From: a virus
UHGV virus genome: UHGV-0113881
DNA: 20,313 nucleotides
Reading direction: 5' to 3' (one strand)
Position numbers and translations under genes: made by a program
Part shown: positions 1-6,857 of the stretch, piece after piece
Layout of the letters: every line of letters begins with the position of its first letter
Position numbering within the stretch: the stretch's first letter is position 1
Notes under the pieces: model-generated
The model's input: the letters and a program-made list of their open reading frames with translations, nothing else
The model's database searches: none
What the model was told of the DNA's origin: nothing

Positions 1-118
1 CACAGCCAGCCCATGACGTACCTATATACTCACCGAAGTCTGGCGACTTATATTTGCCATCTGTACACTGGAGGCAATCACAATAGAGATGCATGGTGTA
101 ACTTGCAGCGATAGCCAT
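1..118 (-). CDS. Hypothetical protein, partial (runs off the window start); Cys-rich N-terminus MAIAASYTMHLYCDCLQCTDGKYK...
   Basis: ATG at 118..116 is preceded by AGGAG (6-nt spacer) and overlaps the stop of the upstream gene at 120..122. The frame stays open to the window edge. It is below the ORF-track size cutoff. Confidence 0.3.
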   Translation of the reverse strand, partial: MAIAASYTMHLYCDCLQCTDGKYKSPDFGEYIGTSWAGC

Positions 119-119
119 A

Positions 120-812
120 TCACTCTCCTTTGATGCGAATGCCAGCAAGCCAGTTTCTTATGCCGATATATTCAGCGTTCCTGAAACCGCTTTTTACATA
201 TATAAATGGCAAGCGAAGATTGTGACCATTGGCTGCCAGGTAGTCTTTACAACCCTGTTCGGTGAAACAGCAGGTAACGAATTCATCAATATCTTTCACA
301 GCAACGCGCCGCCATTTTTCTTGTGGCTCTCGAAAGTTTTCGTGAAGTAGTTCGAGACGACGACTTTGGCGTTTATTGGCTTCATTACCATCTTCATCAA
401 CCCAGACAATCCGGTCATAGTCATAATCAGCATCAACAACGATTTCGCGCTTTTGATACACACAAAACATAGGGTCTGACGTTATTCGATTATCCTGTGT
501 TCGAATATTTTCACCGATGATGCCAAACGAATCTGGTGCAGCTTTTTTCTCCAGCTCTGCAATGCGTTTGCTTTGAGCTTCCAGTTCATCAAGAAGCGCA
601 AGCACGGTAGCCGGATTAGCCTTGGCAACAAAATCCCGGACTGACTTACAATCAATCTCCGCAATGGGTTGATACAATGTGTAGCCATGCTGTCTTGTAT
701 AACTACCGTGACGAATAACGAAAAAATCACCGTTTATTTTTTTAGCTTGCCACTTATCTTTACCGGCTTTCACTGCCACATCACGCAGTGCCTGATAGTC
801 AATCTTGCTCAC
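120..812 (-). CDS. Ead/Ea22-like early-region phage protein (230 aa)
   Basis: Track ORF. It carries the motif ANPATVLALLDELEAQSKRIAELE, which I recall from Ead/Ea22-family proteins of lambdoid prophages. It lies at the distal end of the leftward early operon. Confidence 0.5.
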   Translation of the reverse strand: MSKIDYQALRDVAVKAGKDKWQAKKINGDFFVIRHGSYTRQHGYTLYQPIAEIDCKSVRDFVAKANPATVLALLDELEAQSKRIAELEKKAAPDSFGIIGENIRTQDNRITSDPMFCVYQKREIVVDADYDYDRIVWVDEDGNEANKRQSRRLELLHENFREPQEKWRRVAVKDIDEFVTCCFTEQGCKDYLAANGHNLRLPFIYVKSGFRNAEYIGIRNWLAGIRIKGE

Positions 813-1053
813 TGGTTGTCTCCTGCTTCTCTGCCTTCAACACCATGCGAGAACCATCATCAAGTTCCCACGCGATCTCACCACCTTCAGCCATGACCAG
901 TCGCCACACCAATTGAGCAGCCTCATTGGTAACATCACGACCTGGATCATTGCCAACGCGCATACGTCCACCTTCAACATCGCGCATTTTTGCCAGCATG
1001 ATAGTTTTTGATAGCGGTGAAAAACCAAGCTGTAGTCGTGCGGAATTACTCAC
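799..1053 (-). CDS. Hypothetical small phage protein (84 aa from GTG; the track ORF extends to 1074)
   Basis: The track ORF 799..1074 begins at a GTG with no Shine-Dalgarno. An internal GTG at 1053 sits 6 nt after a strong AAGGAGG and overlaps the stop of the upstream 55-aa ORF as GTGA. Confidence 0.5.
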   Translation of the reverse strand: MSNSARLQLGFSPLSKTIMLAKMRDVEGGRMRVGNDPGRDVTNEAAQLVWRLVMAEGGEIAWELDDGSRMVLKAEKQETTSEQD

Positions 1054-1217
1054 TGCTTGCCTCCTTTGCGCCACATCGAATTCAGATATTTGTTTTGATT
1101 CACTGATGGAAAAGAATTTCTCTTAAGCAATTCCTCTCTCGATGGCATTGGCTTTACGCGTTGGCGAATAATCATTTCTGCCGGAAGAATGCCGGGATTG
1201 TATGCAAGTCCTCTCAT
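1050..1217 (-). CDS. Hypothetical small protein (55 aa), translationally coupled on both sides
   Basis: Hand-translated [58 protein letters not shown]. Its start overlaps the upstream stop as ATGA (1214..1217) and its stop overlaps the downstream GTG as GTGA. It is below the track cutoff. Confidence 0.35.
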   Translation of the reverse strand: MRGLAYNPGILPAEMIIRQRVKPMPSREELLKRNSFPSVNQNKYLNSMWRKGGKQ

Positions 1218-1495
1218 GATTTACTCTCCGCGAACTGGTCAACAGCCGTGCTAAGTGATACACCTAAAGTCTCGATATGCTGCTGAATATCCTGTAGTGT
1301 CTGCGCCTGAGATAACAGGATTTCACGGTTGCATAACTCTTTAACCAGATGCTCAAACTTGCTGTAATAACCGATACGACTTAGTGTTTCTTTCCCTGCA
1401 TTCTCGCCTTCTTTGATAATTCCTCTTTCACTAAGAATCAGGTCGTGTTTGGTTCCGGTAATAACGTATTTTCCAAGGTCGATGTTTAGCTTCAT
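1214..1495 (-). CDS. Hypothetical phage protein (93 aa)
   Basis: Track ORF in the same orientation and operon as the neighbouring early genes. No family recognised. Confidence 0.55.
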   Translation of the reverse strand: MKLNIDLGKYVITGTKHDLILSERGIIKEGENAGKETLSRIGYYSKFEHLVKELCNREILLSQAQTLQDIQQHIETLGVSLSTAVDQFAESKS

Positions 1496-1511
1496 TGTTA
1501 ATTACTCCATG

Positions 1512-1826
1512 TTAATTTATTCGTATGCCTGCTCTTTCTTCATCGAGTTTTTTTAGCTTGTATCGCATAGCTCTTACTGAATAAATTGAGCGGCAGGTTG
1601 CAATTGCTATTTCTTCTGCGGAGAACTTACCGAAAAGTGATACTTCGGCTCTTGTCCATCGTCTTCCACGAAGTCGGCTAACAATGTCAGCGCCAATCCT
1701 TGTTGCTTTCGCCATTACTGCTTTTTCAGTCCTTTCCAGTTTTTCAGCGATAACTTCAACTGGCATTGTCGCCGCTACCTCGCGCAAGAAATCGACTTCC
1801 CATTTCTCCCATGGAGTCTTTTTCAT
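1512..1826 (-). CDS. Hypothetical phage protein (104 aa), possibly DNA-binding
   Basis: Track ORF with two W-x2-W/E-x-L repeats (WEKWEVDFLREV... and RWTRAEVSLFGKF...) that look like tandem helix-turn-helix or SANT-like units. This is inference only. Confidence 0.55.
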   Translation of the reverse strand: MKKTPWEKWEVDFLREVAATMPVEVIAEKLERTEKAVMAKATRIGADIVSRLRGRRWTRAEVSLFGKFSAEEIAIATCRSIYSVRAMRYKLKKLDEERAGIRIN

Positions 1827-1837
1827 AGTCGATACCG

Positions 1838-2326
1838 TTATTTGATAAGAAGTGAAGGTTTCCCAACTTTGAGTTGAGCGCCGGGGATATTTATTCCTGC
1901 TTTTAGTTGGTGTTTGATTGCCAGTTTGTCGGCTTTAATTGTCGTTTCAAACTCAACGTATTCAGGAGGAAGGGCGCTTGAGTCGATGATTTCTACAGTT
2001 TCTGACGGTTTGCGGATTGTTACCTGGTGAATACCTGCTCGAATCTTTTTCTTGCCAACCATTTCAAGCGATGACGCTATATATGATTTGATGCTCTCAA
2101 TCTTATTTTGAATTACTGCGGCTCGCTCATTCAGTGACTTTGCCTCTTCCTTGAGGCGTTCAGCATAACCAGATTCATTTTTAATAATGGCAAGAAGTTG
2201 CTCTATTTTATCGGTAAATTCTCCTTCCATGCCTTCTATTGTGTCAGCAATCATCTCTGGTTCTAAATCTGAATCCATCAATTTTGCGTATTCATTGGCA
2301 ATTTCATATAGTTTGCTCACTGGCAA
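1838..2326 (-). CDS. Siphovirus Gp157-family protein (162 aa), the usual partner of phage RecT
   Basis: Track ORF. The N-terminal KLYEI..Y..L... coiled-coil pattern and the C-terminal K.QLKAG..IPGA.L motif are as I recall for the Sipho_Gp157 family. It sits immediately downstream of recT. Confidence 0.7.
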   Translation of the reverse strand: MPVSKLYEIANEYAKLMDSDLEPEMIADTIEGMEGEFTDKIEQLLAIIKNESGYAERLKEEAKSLNERAAVIQNKIESIKSYIASSLEMVGKKKIRAGIHQVTIRKPSETVEIIDSSALPPEYVEFETTIKADKLAIKHQLKAGINIPGAQLKVGKPSLLIK

Positions 2327-3215
2327 CCTCCAGTTTCGCTTTGCATTCTGCGTAAATGGCTTGTACGTTCTGCTGCAATTTCATTCCAGATGTCAGGCGA
2401 TATGCTTCTGCAAAATATCGCTTCAAATCATCCATGTTTTCAGCCTGAGCCATTTCATCACAAAGAAGTTGTGCTTTATCCGTTATTTCCTGCTGGCGTT
2501 TCCGTTCATCTTCGCGGATATCTTCCTCTGATTTGTGCGGCATAACTGGTTCAGTCCACACACCTTCTTCTTCGTTTAGTACGTGAATAGCACTATCAAG
2601 ACGTGATGCCTTAGGCCAAAACTTGCTTGCACGCTTTACGACCGTCTTTCGCGCCATCTCATTCCAGTGATTTACCCATGGTCCTTTATCGCTGAATGCC
2701 GCCTTGCTTGTTTTCCTTACAGCCTCAATTTCAGCCAGACTCATCTCTTCCGTTAGATAATCACCTGCTGGCGTCTTAACTGTGCAGTAAACGCCAACGA
2801 TATCACCACGATCACCGAAGGCGTTGTATTTATGGGTTGGTGCTTTATCAAGCCCGTTTGACTCATAGGTATCGTTAGCATGAACAAGTTTTGCCTGACC
2901 CCATGAGATAACACCAGACTCCATTGCAATATGGAGCAATCCCATATAACTGATATCAAGGCACACCATGCCGTCGCGAGGAACCAGATAAGCCAGTTTG
3001 CTGGCCGGGTTTAAGGTGATGCCGATCGCCGCAACATTGATGATGGCGTTCTGTGCGCTGGTTGGATTTGCCAGTGCCGTTTTAGCCAGGTAATCATTTT
3101 TCTGGAAATACTGAATTGCAAACTGGCTTTCCTTAGCCCATGTCACCGTCTGTTCAGTCAATGCTCCGCAGAATAACTGCTCTTGCTGTTTAACGAATTC
3201 AACGATATTGCTCAT
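2304..3215 (-). CDS. recT: RecT-family single-strand annealing recombinase (303 aa)
   Basis: Track ORF. It contains GPWVNHWNEMARKTVVKRASKFWP, which matches the recalled RecT motif GPWVTHWEEMAKKTAIRRLFKYLP, and the expected central region. It occupies the position equivalent to lambda bet. Confidence 0.9.
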   Translation of the reverse strand: MSNIVEFVKQQEQLFCGALTEQTVTWAKESQFAIQYFQKNDYLAKTALANPTSAQNAIINVAAIGITLNPASKLAYLVPRDGMVCLDISYMGLLHIAMESGVISWGQAKLVHANDTYESNGLDKAPTHKYNAFGDRGDIVGVYCTVKTPAGDYLTEEMSLAEIEAVRKTSKAAFSDKGPWVNHWNEMARKTVVKRASKFWPKASRLDSAIHVLNEEEGVWTEPVMPHKSEEDIREDERKRQQEITDKAQLLCDEMAQAENMDDLKRYFAEAYRLTSGMKLQQNVQAIYAECKAKLEVASEQTI

Positions 3216-3523
3216 GCAGCTTCTCCATAAATATGTCTGCGTTTGAATATTGCGAAGGCATATTCAGCCTTAACTCTTTCGGTTATTGCATCCCAGAACC
3301 ATTCAGCGGCTTTTTCCTGATAGTTACAGTCATCATCTTCCAGCCAGTCGATAGCGTCCTTAGTGTGTTCATCTGGTTTATATGAGCGAAGCATTTCGCT
3401 TATTGGGTCGCAACGTTTGCAGAGGCGATCAACTTCACTGTTGATTCGTTCGTAATCTTCATCAGTAAAACTTGCGATTATTTGCGATATTTCACGCTTA
3501 TCATTCAGAGTCAGAATCATCAT
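3212..3523 (-). CDS. Hypothetical acidic protein (103 aa) in the position of lambda gam
   Basis: Track ORF. AGGAG precedes the MMILTL start, and its stop overlaps the recT start as ATGA. It has net negative charge with a DDDD/DEDYE tract. No recognisable similarity to lambda Gam. Confidence 0.6.
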   Translation of the reverse strand: MMILTLNDKREISQIIASFTDEDYERINSEVDRLCKRCDPISEMLRSYKPDEHTKDAIDWLEDDDCNYQEKAAEWFWDAITERVKAEYAFAIFKRRHIYGEAA

Positions 3524-3604
3524 CTTTCTCCTGTTCTTTGTGCTGATTGAGCATTTTGTTCATCTGACGAATGAATTCTTCGTCTGACCAGTTATCTGTA
3601 AAAC

Positions 3605-3757
3605 TCATTTCCTGCGATACCACGGAAGGTTGATAGCTGATTTCATCGCTTTATTTGCTTCAAGCCACATTTTTGAATCACCAATAAATCTGGCTATTAC
3701 TGCTTTGTTTTGTGCTGCACGAAGCATCTGGTGATTGATGGCTATTTCATTGCGCAT
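3605..3757 (-). CDS. kil: Kil-like small protein (50 aa), candidate host cell-division inhibitor
   Basis: Hand-translated ORF MRNEIAINHQMLRAAQNKAVIARFIGDSKMWLEANKAMKSAINLPWYRRK. GGAGG lies 4 nt upstream of the ATG. The core IARFIGDSKMW resembles my recollection of the lambda Kil motif (..TFIGDEKMF..). It is below the track cutoff. Confidence 0.4.
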   Translation of the reverse strand: MRNEIAINHQMLRAAQNKAVIARFIGDSKMWLEANKAMKSAINLPWYRRK

Positions 3758-3876
3758 AACGCCTCCAGTTGTTTCTTTGCTGCTCTGATTAATTGTTTAA
3801 CTCGGCGTGATAATTCAGATTCGTGCGGGTAGAAAGCGGACATGACGCCGCTACCCGCGAGCTGAAAGTGCATCAT
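3742..3876 (-). CDS. cIII: CIII-like small protein (44 aa), candidate FtsH inhibitor
   Basis: This is the internal start (MMHFQLAG...) of track ORF 3742..3981, preceded by AAGGAG (7-nt spacer). The sequence HESELSRRVKQLIRAAKKQL resembles the lambda CIII helix ESLLERITRKLRDGWKRL from memory. The upstream part of the track ORF contains a minus-strand terminator. Confidence 0.4.
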   Translation of the reverse strand: MMHFQLAGSGVMSAFYPHESELSRRVKQLIRAAKKQLEALCAMK

Positions 3877-3940
3877 GGGTAACTCCTTATATTTGATTGC
3901 ATAACGAAAACGCCTCGAGTGAAGCGTTATTGGTATGCAT

Positions 3941-3966
3941 ATAAAAAGGCCCTCACACTGGAGGGC
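3941..3966 (-). terminator. Intrinsic terminator candidate on the minus strand (tL-like)
   Basis: Read on the minus strand: GCCCTC-cagtgt-GAGGGC stem-loop (3949..3966) followed by CTTTTTAT (plus-strand A-run at 3943..3947). It lies between the 67-aa ORF and the cIII-like gene. Confidence 0.4.
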
Positions 3967-4061
3967 AAAGAAGATTTCCAATAATCAGAACAAGTCGGCT
4001 CCTGTTTAGTTACGAGCGACATTGCTCCGTGTATTCACTCGTTGGAATGAATACACAGTGC

Positions 4062-4265
4062 TTATTCGCGAGCTTTGAGCATTGCGTCTGCAAACTTATA
4101 TGCAGCGCTTGCTGCATAATTAACAGCTCCATCAGAATCATTATCGATAATCGATGGATTGCTAATCATTGCTTGCATAGCCTTTGCCGCGAAGTAATCA
4201 CGTAATGTCGCATCACTTGCCATTTCTGGGCGTTTGATATCTGCTTCGTAAAACTCGCACATCAC
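4062..4265 (-). CDS. Hypothetical phage protein (67 aa)
   Basis: Track ORF in the early-left operon. Its start overlaps the stop of the upstream gene (4262..4265). Confidence 0.5.
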   Translation of the reverse strand: MMCEFYEADIKRPEMASDATLRDYFAAKAMQAMISNPSIIDNDSDGAVNYAASAAYKFADAMLKARE

Positions 4266-4558
4266 TCACCTCCCAGAGCCTTGATGATTGCTGCAAAACC
4301 TTTATTAACAGCTCCATACCATTCTGGATATGTTGTCGTTGTTCTATTTTTGGATTGCTTAAGTAATAACTGAAGTGCTTCGAGAAGGTCAGGTGCTGCC
4401 GCTATTAGATTGGCATCTTCAATGCATTGAACTTCCTCACAGATTGCAATATACGAACGCCAGCCTGCGCCATTTTCAAGAGAGTCTGCCTGGATGATTT
4501 TAATCTCATCGCCATCCATCATTATTTCCCACTTACCTTCAGTACCTTTAAATTCCAT
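4262..4558 (-). CDS. Small phage protein with Ead-like motif (98 aa)
   Basis: Track ORF with the motif EDANLIAAAPDLLEALQ preceded by KGTEGKWE, a pattern I recall from a widespread family of small early phage proteins. Confidence 0.5.
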   Translation of the reverse strand: MEFKGTEGKWEIMMDGDEIKIIQADSLENGAGWRSYIAICEEVQCIEDANLIAAAPDLLEALQLLLKQSKNRTTTTYPEWYGAVNKGFAAIIKALGGE

Positions 4559-4597
4559 GTTAGCCTCTGTTGTTTATGCCAAAAATAAAGGCCACCA

Positions 4598-4798
4598 TCA
4601 GGCAGCCTTGTTGTTCAGTTTACCAAGTTCTCTGGCAATCATTGCCGTCGTTCGTATTGCCCATTTATCGACATATTTCCCATCTTCCATTACAGGAAAC
4701 ATTTCTTCAGGCTTAACCATGCATTCCGATTGCAACTTGCATCCATTGCATCGTTTGAATTGTCCACACCATTGATTCTTATCAATAGTCGTAGTCAT
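4598..4798 (-). CDS. ral: Ral-like restriction-alleviation protein (66 aa)
   Basis: Track ORF MTTTIDKNQWCGQFKRCNGCKLQSEC..., which matches my recollection of lambda Ral (same length, same N-terminus, four-Cys cluster). It occupies the expected position just promoter-distal of N. Confidence 0.55.
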   Translation of the reverse strand: MTTTIDKNQWCGQFKRCNGCKLQSECMVKPEEMFPVMEDGKYVDKWAIRTTAMIARELGKLNNKAA

Positions 4799-4876
4799 AC
4801 GGATAGTCCTGGTATTGTTCCATCACATCCTGCGGATGCTCTTCGAACTCTTCAAATTCTTTTTCCATATCTCACC

Positions 4877-5176
4877 TCAAATAAGTGGTTTGCTGCCTAA
4901 TTTCATTTTCTGGCGACCAACACAAGTCACCCCCATTTCACTGCGTGGCTTGCGGTAGTAAATACGGTTCTGTTTACGCTCGACTTCTTCTGCCTTCTTG
5001 CAGCGAAGGCTTCCGAGTGATGCTGCTTTATCTGCTCTGACGCAACCAGAGAGCTTTAGCTCAATTTTTCGCGCCAGTCGCTGCTCTTGCATTGCCTGTT
5101 CACGTTGAGCCTGTCTGCGTGCTCTGCGGCGATTTCTGGCGTTATCGTCAGCCAGATATGTAATTACTACTGTCAT
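4877..5176 (-). CDS. N: Antitermination protein N (100 aa from the MTVV start)
   Basis: The C-terminus RKQNRIYYRKPRSEMGVTCVGRQKMKLGSKPLI matches recalled lambda N (RKNQRTWYSKPGERGITCSGRQKIKGKSIPLI). The arginine-rich motif NARNRRRARRQAQRE lies near the N-terminus. The start MTVVITY resembles P22 gp24 (MTVITYG) and has GGAGG 5 nt upstream. The track ORF 4877..5269 over-extends into the leader. Confidence 0.85.
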   Translation of the reverse strand: MTVVITYLADDNARNRRRARRQAQREQAMQEQRLARKIELKLSGCVRADKAASLGSLRCKKAEEVERKQNRIYYRKPRSEMGVTCVGRQKMKLGSKPLI

Positions 5177-5487
5177 GTTGACCTCCGATGAAACAACTTT
5201 GGAATTGATAGTGATTGCAAAGTGGTTTCTGGCCCCTCGAACTGAGGGGCAGAAAGAGCATCTCGCCACCTAATAGGTCGATGCTCGGATCGAGAGATTT
5301 AATTAACCTCGGTTTTGAAGTTATGCATTCACATAAATCCTCCTGTTGCATGTGCAGCATTGGCTGTGTTTGGCGGCTGCATTTCGCCTATGGAATTGAC
5401 TTTGGCGGTGACGCGCCGGGTGCTTATCTTCAGGTTGCCGTCGTGCAGCTGCACTTCACGTCACCCCAAAGCCAACTACTCTTTGGT

Positions 5488-5529
5488 TCCCGCATTTCGG
5501 CGGGACAATCCCATCAATGTTAAAGAGCC
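5488..5529 (-). promoter_or_regulatory. nutL: boxA (GGCTCTTTAACA) plus boxB hairpin (TCCCGC-cgaaat-GCGGGA)
   Basis: On the minus strand, boxA (5529..5518) matches the CGCTCTTTAACA consensus in 11 of 12 positions. It is followed by a hairpin (5505..5488) whose sequence is identical to the nutR boxB at 7183..7204. It lies between PL and N. Confidence 0.65.
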
Positions 5530-5574
5530 TGCCAATCTGTTCCGTTTGGCTTCCAGCGTCCTGCTGATGGCTAA

Positions 5575-5661
5575 AGAATACTGTAGGTATTTTATTGTGT
5601 AAATACCCAAGGTATTTATTTTTGGTGAAATAATGATAAGCAAATGAATACAAAGGATATT
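5575..5661 (-). promoter_or_regulatory. PL promoter with operators OL1-OL3
   Basis: Three 15-bp sites AATAC-N5-GTATT at 5577..5591, 5602..5616 and 5647..5661 (the last with an ATATT half-site). Minus-strand -35 TTTACA (5598..5603), 17-bp spacer, -10 TATTCT (5575..5580). OL1 and OL2 overlap the -10 and -35. Confidence 0.55.
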
Positions 5662-5748
5662 TATTTTTTTCGGTGTCTGCTTGTTCAGTGCTTTTTATGC
5701 GGGATATGTGAAGTGGATCCCGATAGCTATTGCTGCCGGGATTATGAG

Positions 5749-6117
5749 TTAGTCAGCGAAGGTTAAGACGAGAATTACCTTAATGATGTCTGCTACAACA
5801 GACACGGCCATAGATAAACCAAAGACGATCCAAGCCATAGAGATGTCTTCACTACCATCGTATAGAGTTCCGTAATCACTGGTGTAAGGCGTAAATGTCG
5901 CGCCTTGATACAATAGGTATAAGCTTGATCCATAGAGGATAAATGCAGATATCCCTTGTATTGCCATGATCACCAGAATCATGAAACGAGCTGATCTATA
6001 CGCCCAAGCCTGGCTTATTTTTTCTGATAGAGATTTCGCAATAAAAGCATGCGCTAAGCCGTAAATTGTTGAGATTGCCAACATCCCCAAAAAGCTTGCT
6101 ATAGCGGTTCCAACCAT
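5749..6117 (-). CDS. Small polytopic inner-membrane protein (122 aa from ATG) in the rexAB position
   Basis: Track ORF 5749..6138. The first ATG is at 6117 with AAGGGG 5 nt upstream; an alternative TTG at 6138 overlaps the cI stop. Three hydrophobic helices at about residues 2-26, 44-68 and 93-119. It lies directly downstream of cI on the same strand. Confidence 0.65.
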   Translation of the reverse strand: MVGTAIASFLGMLAISTIYGLAHAFIAKSLSEKISQAWAYRSARFMILVIMAIQGISAFILYGSSLYLLYQGATFTPYTSDYGTLYDGSEDISMAWIVFGLSMAVSVVADIIKVILVLTFAD

Positions 6118-6134
6118 AATCGCCCCTTGCGTGA

Positions 6135-6851
6135 TCAAACCAGCCTTAGTTTTGTCTCAATTGCAACGCCTATAATCTTGCAGTTTCCATTGATTGGCAC
6201 GAGAGGCCATGCAGGATTAAGTCCCTTGAGGTATTTATTTCCGCCGTCGATTATCAGCTTCTTGAATGTTGCTTCGTTAGAGTCAGAAAGTTTTGCTATG
6301 ACCAAGCTGCCGTTGATCGCCTCCCTTCCGGTATCGAAAAGAACGAATGTTCCCTCTGGAATGCTTAACCCAACCGGTGCCGTCATTGAATCACCTTCCA
6401 CTTTAAGCCAGAACGCATTACCTTGAATATGCGCGTCAGACTCAAGCCAAACATCTATGTCTTTAATGGTGTATGGTTCGCATGCTTCACACCACGAGCC
6501 AGCCTGGATACTGCTTAACACCGGATACCTCTTTCCTGCTCTGTATTCCCCTGCATACCTTACGTTGGCATCGCTCTTAAGGCTTTCTGCCTGTTCTGCA
6601 ACCTTGGCAGCAATTGACTGGCTAAAATCAGCAATTGAGACTTGCAACAATCGTGCAAAACCAGATGCAACCTCAACGTTTAGCGCGTTTCTGCCATTAA
6701 GATAATGCCCTACCGCTCCTTGGGTGATACCCAGTTCATCAGCGATTGAGTATTGGGTTATTCCCAATTCTTTCTTTTTTGACTCATACAAAGCCTTAAG
6801 CCGCTTAGCGTCTTCGAGCTGTTCTGTCGTCAGTGATTTTTTATTTTCCAT
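6135..6851 (-). CDS. cI: cI-type prophage repressor (238 aa): N-terminal HTH plus C-terminal S24 autopeptidase
   Basis: It aligns with recalled lambda cI (LTTEQLEDAKRLKALYESKKKELG versus [24 protein letters not shown]). It has the catalytic VEGDSMTAP Ser motif and the FKKL Lys. The recognition helix differs from lambda. The ATG sits exactly where a leaderless PRM transcript would start. Confidence 0.95.
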   Translation of the reverse strand: MENKKSLTTEQLEDAKRLKALYESKKKELGITQYSIADELGITQGAVGHYLNGRNALNVEVASGFARLLQVSIADFSQSIAAKVAEQAESLKSDANVRYAGEYRAGKRYPVLSSIQAGSWCEACEPYTIKDIDVWLESDAHIQGNAFWLKVEGDSMTAPVGLSIPEGTFVLFDTGREAINGSLVIAKLSDSNEATFKKLIIDGGNKYLKGLNPAWPLVPINGNCKIIGVAIETKLRLV

Positions 6852-6857
6852 AGCTTA

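Noticed and set aside
2187-2531. Plus-strand track ORF of 114 aa
   Set aside because: Antisense to the Gp157 and recT genes; low-complexity translation.
3742-3981. Track ORF of 79 aa on the minus strand
   Set aside because: Its upstream third reads through an intrinsic terminator and through the AAGGAG RBS (translated as KELP). Only the internal 44-aa cIII-like frame (3742..3876) is plausible.
4877-5269. Full-length track ORF for N (130 aa starting MARCSF)
   Set aside because: The upstream ATG has no RBS. The internal MTVV start has GGAGG at ideal spacing and gives a P22-like N-terminus with the arginine-rich motif near the start. N is called as 4877..5176.
5148-5653. Track ORFs 5148..5360(-), 5215..5523(+), 5315..5602(+) and 5456..5653(-) between N and PL
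   Set aside because: They lie in the N leader and nutL/PL regulatory region, overlap one another on both strands, lack RBSs, and cross the nutL hairpin and the operators. Most likely non-coding.
6127-6705. Plus-strand track ORFs 6127..6426 and 6457..6705
   Set aside because: Antisense to the well-supported cI gene; no RBS or family resemblance.
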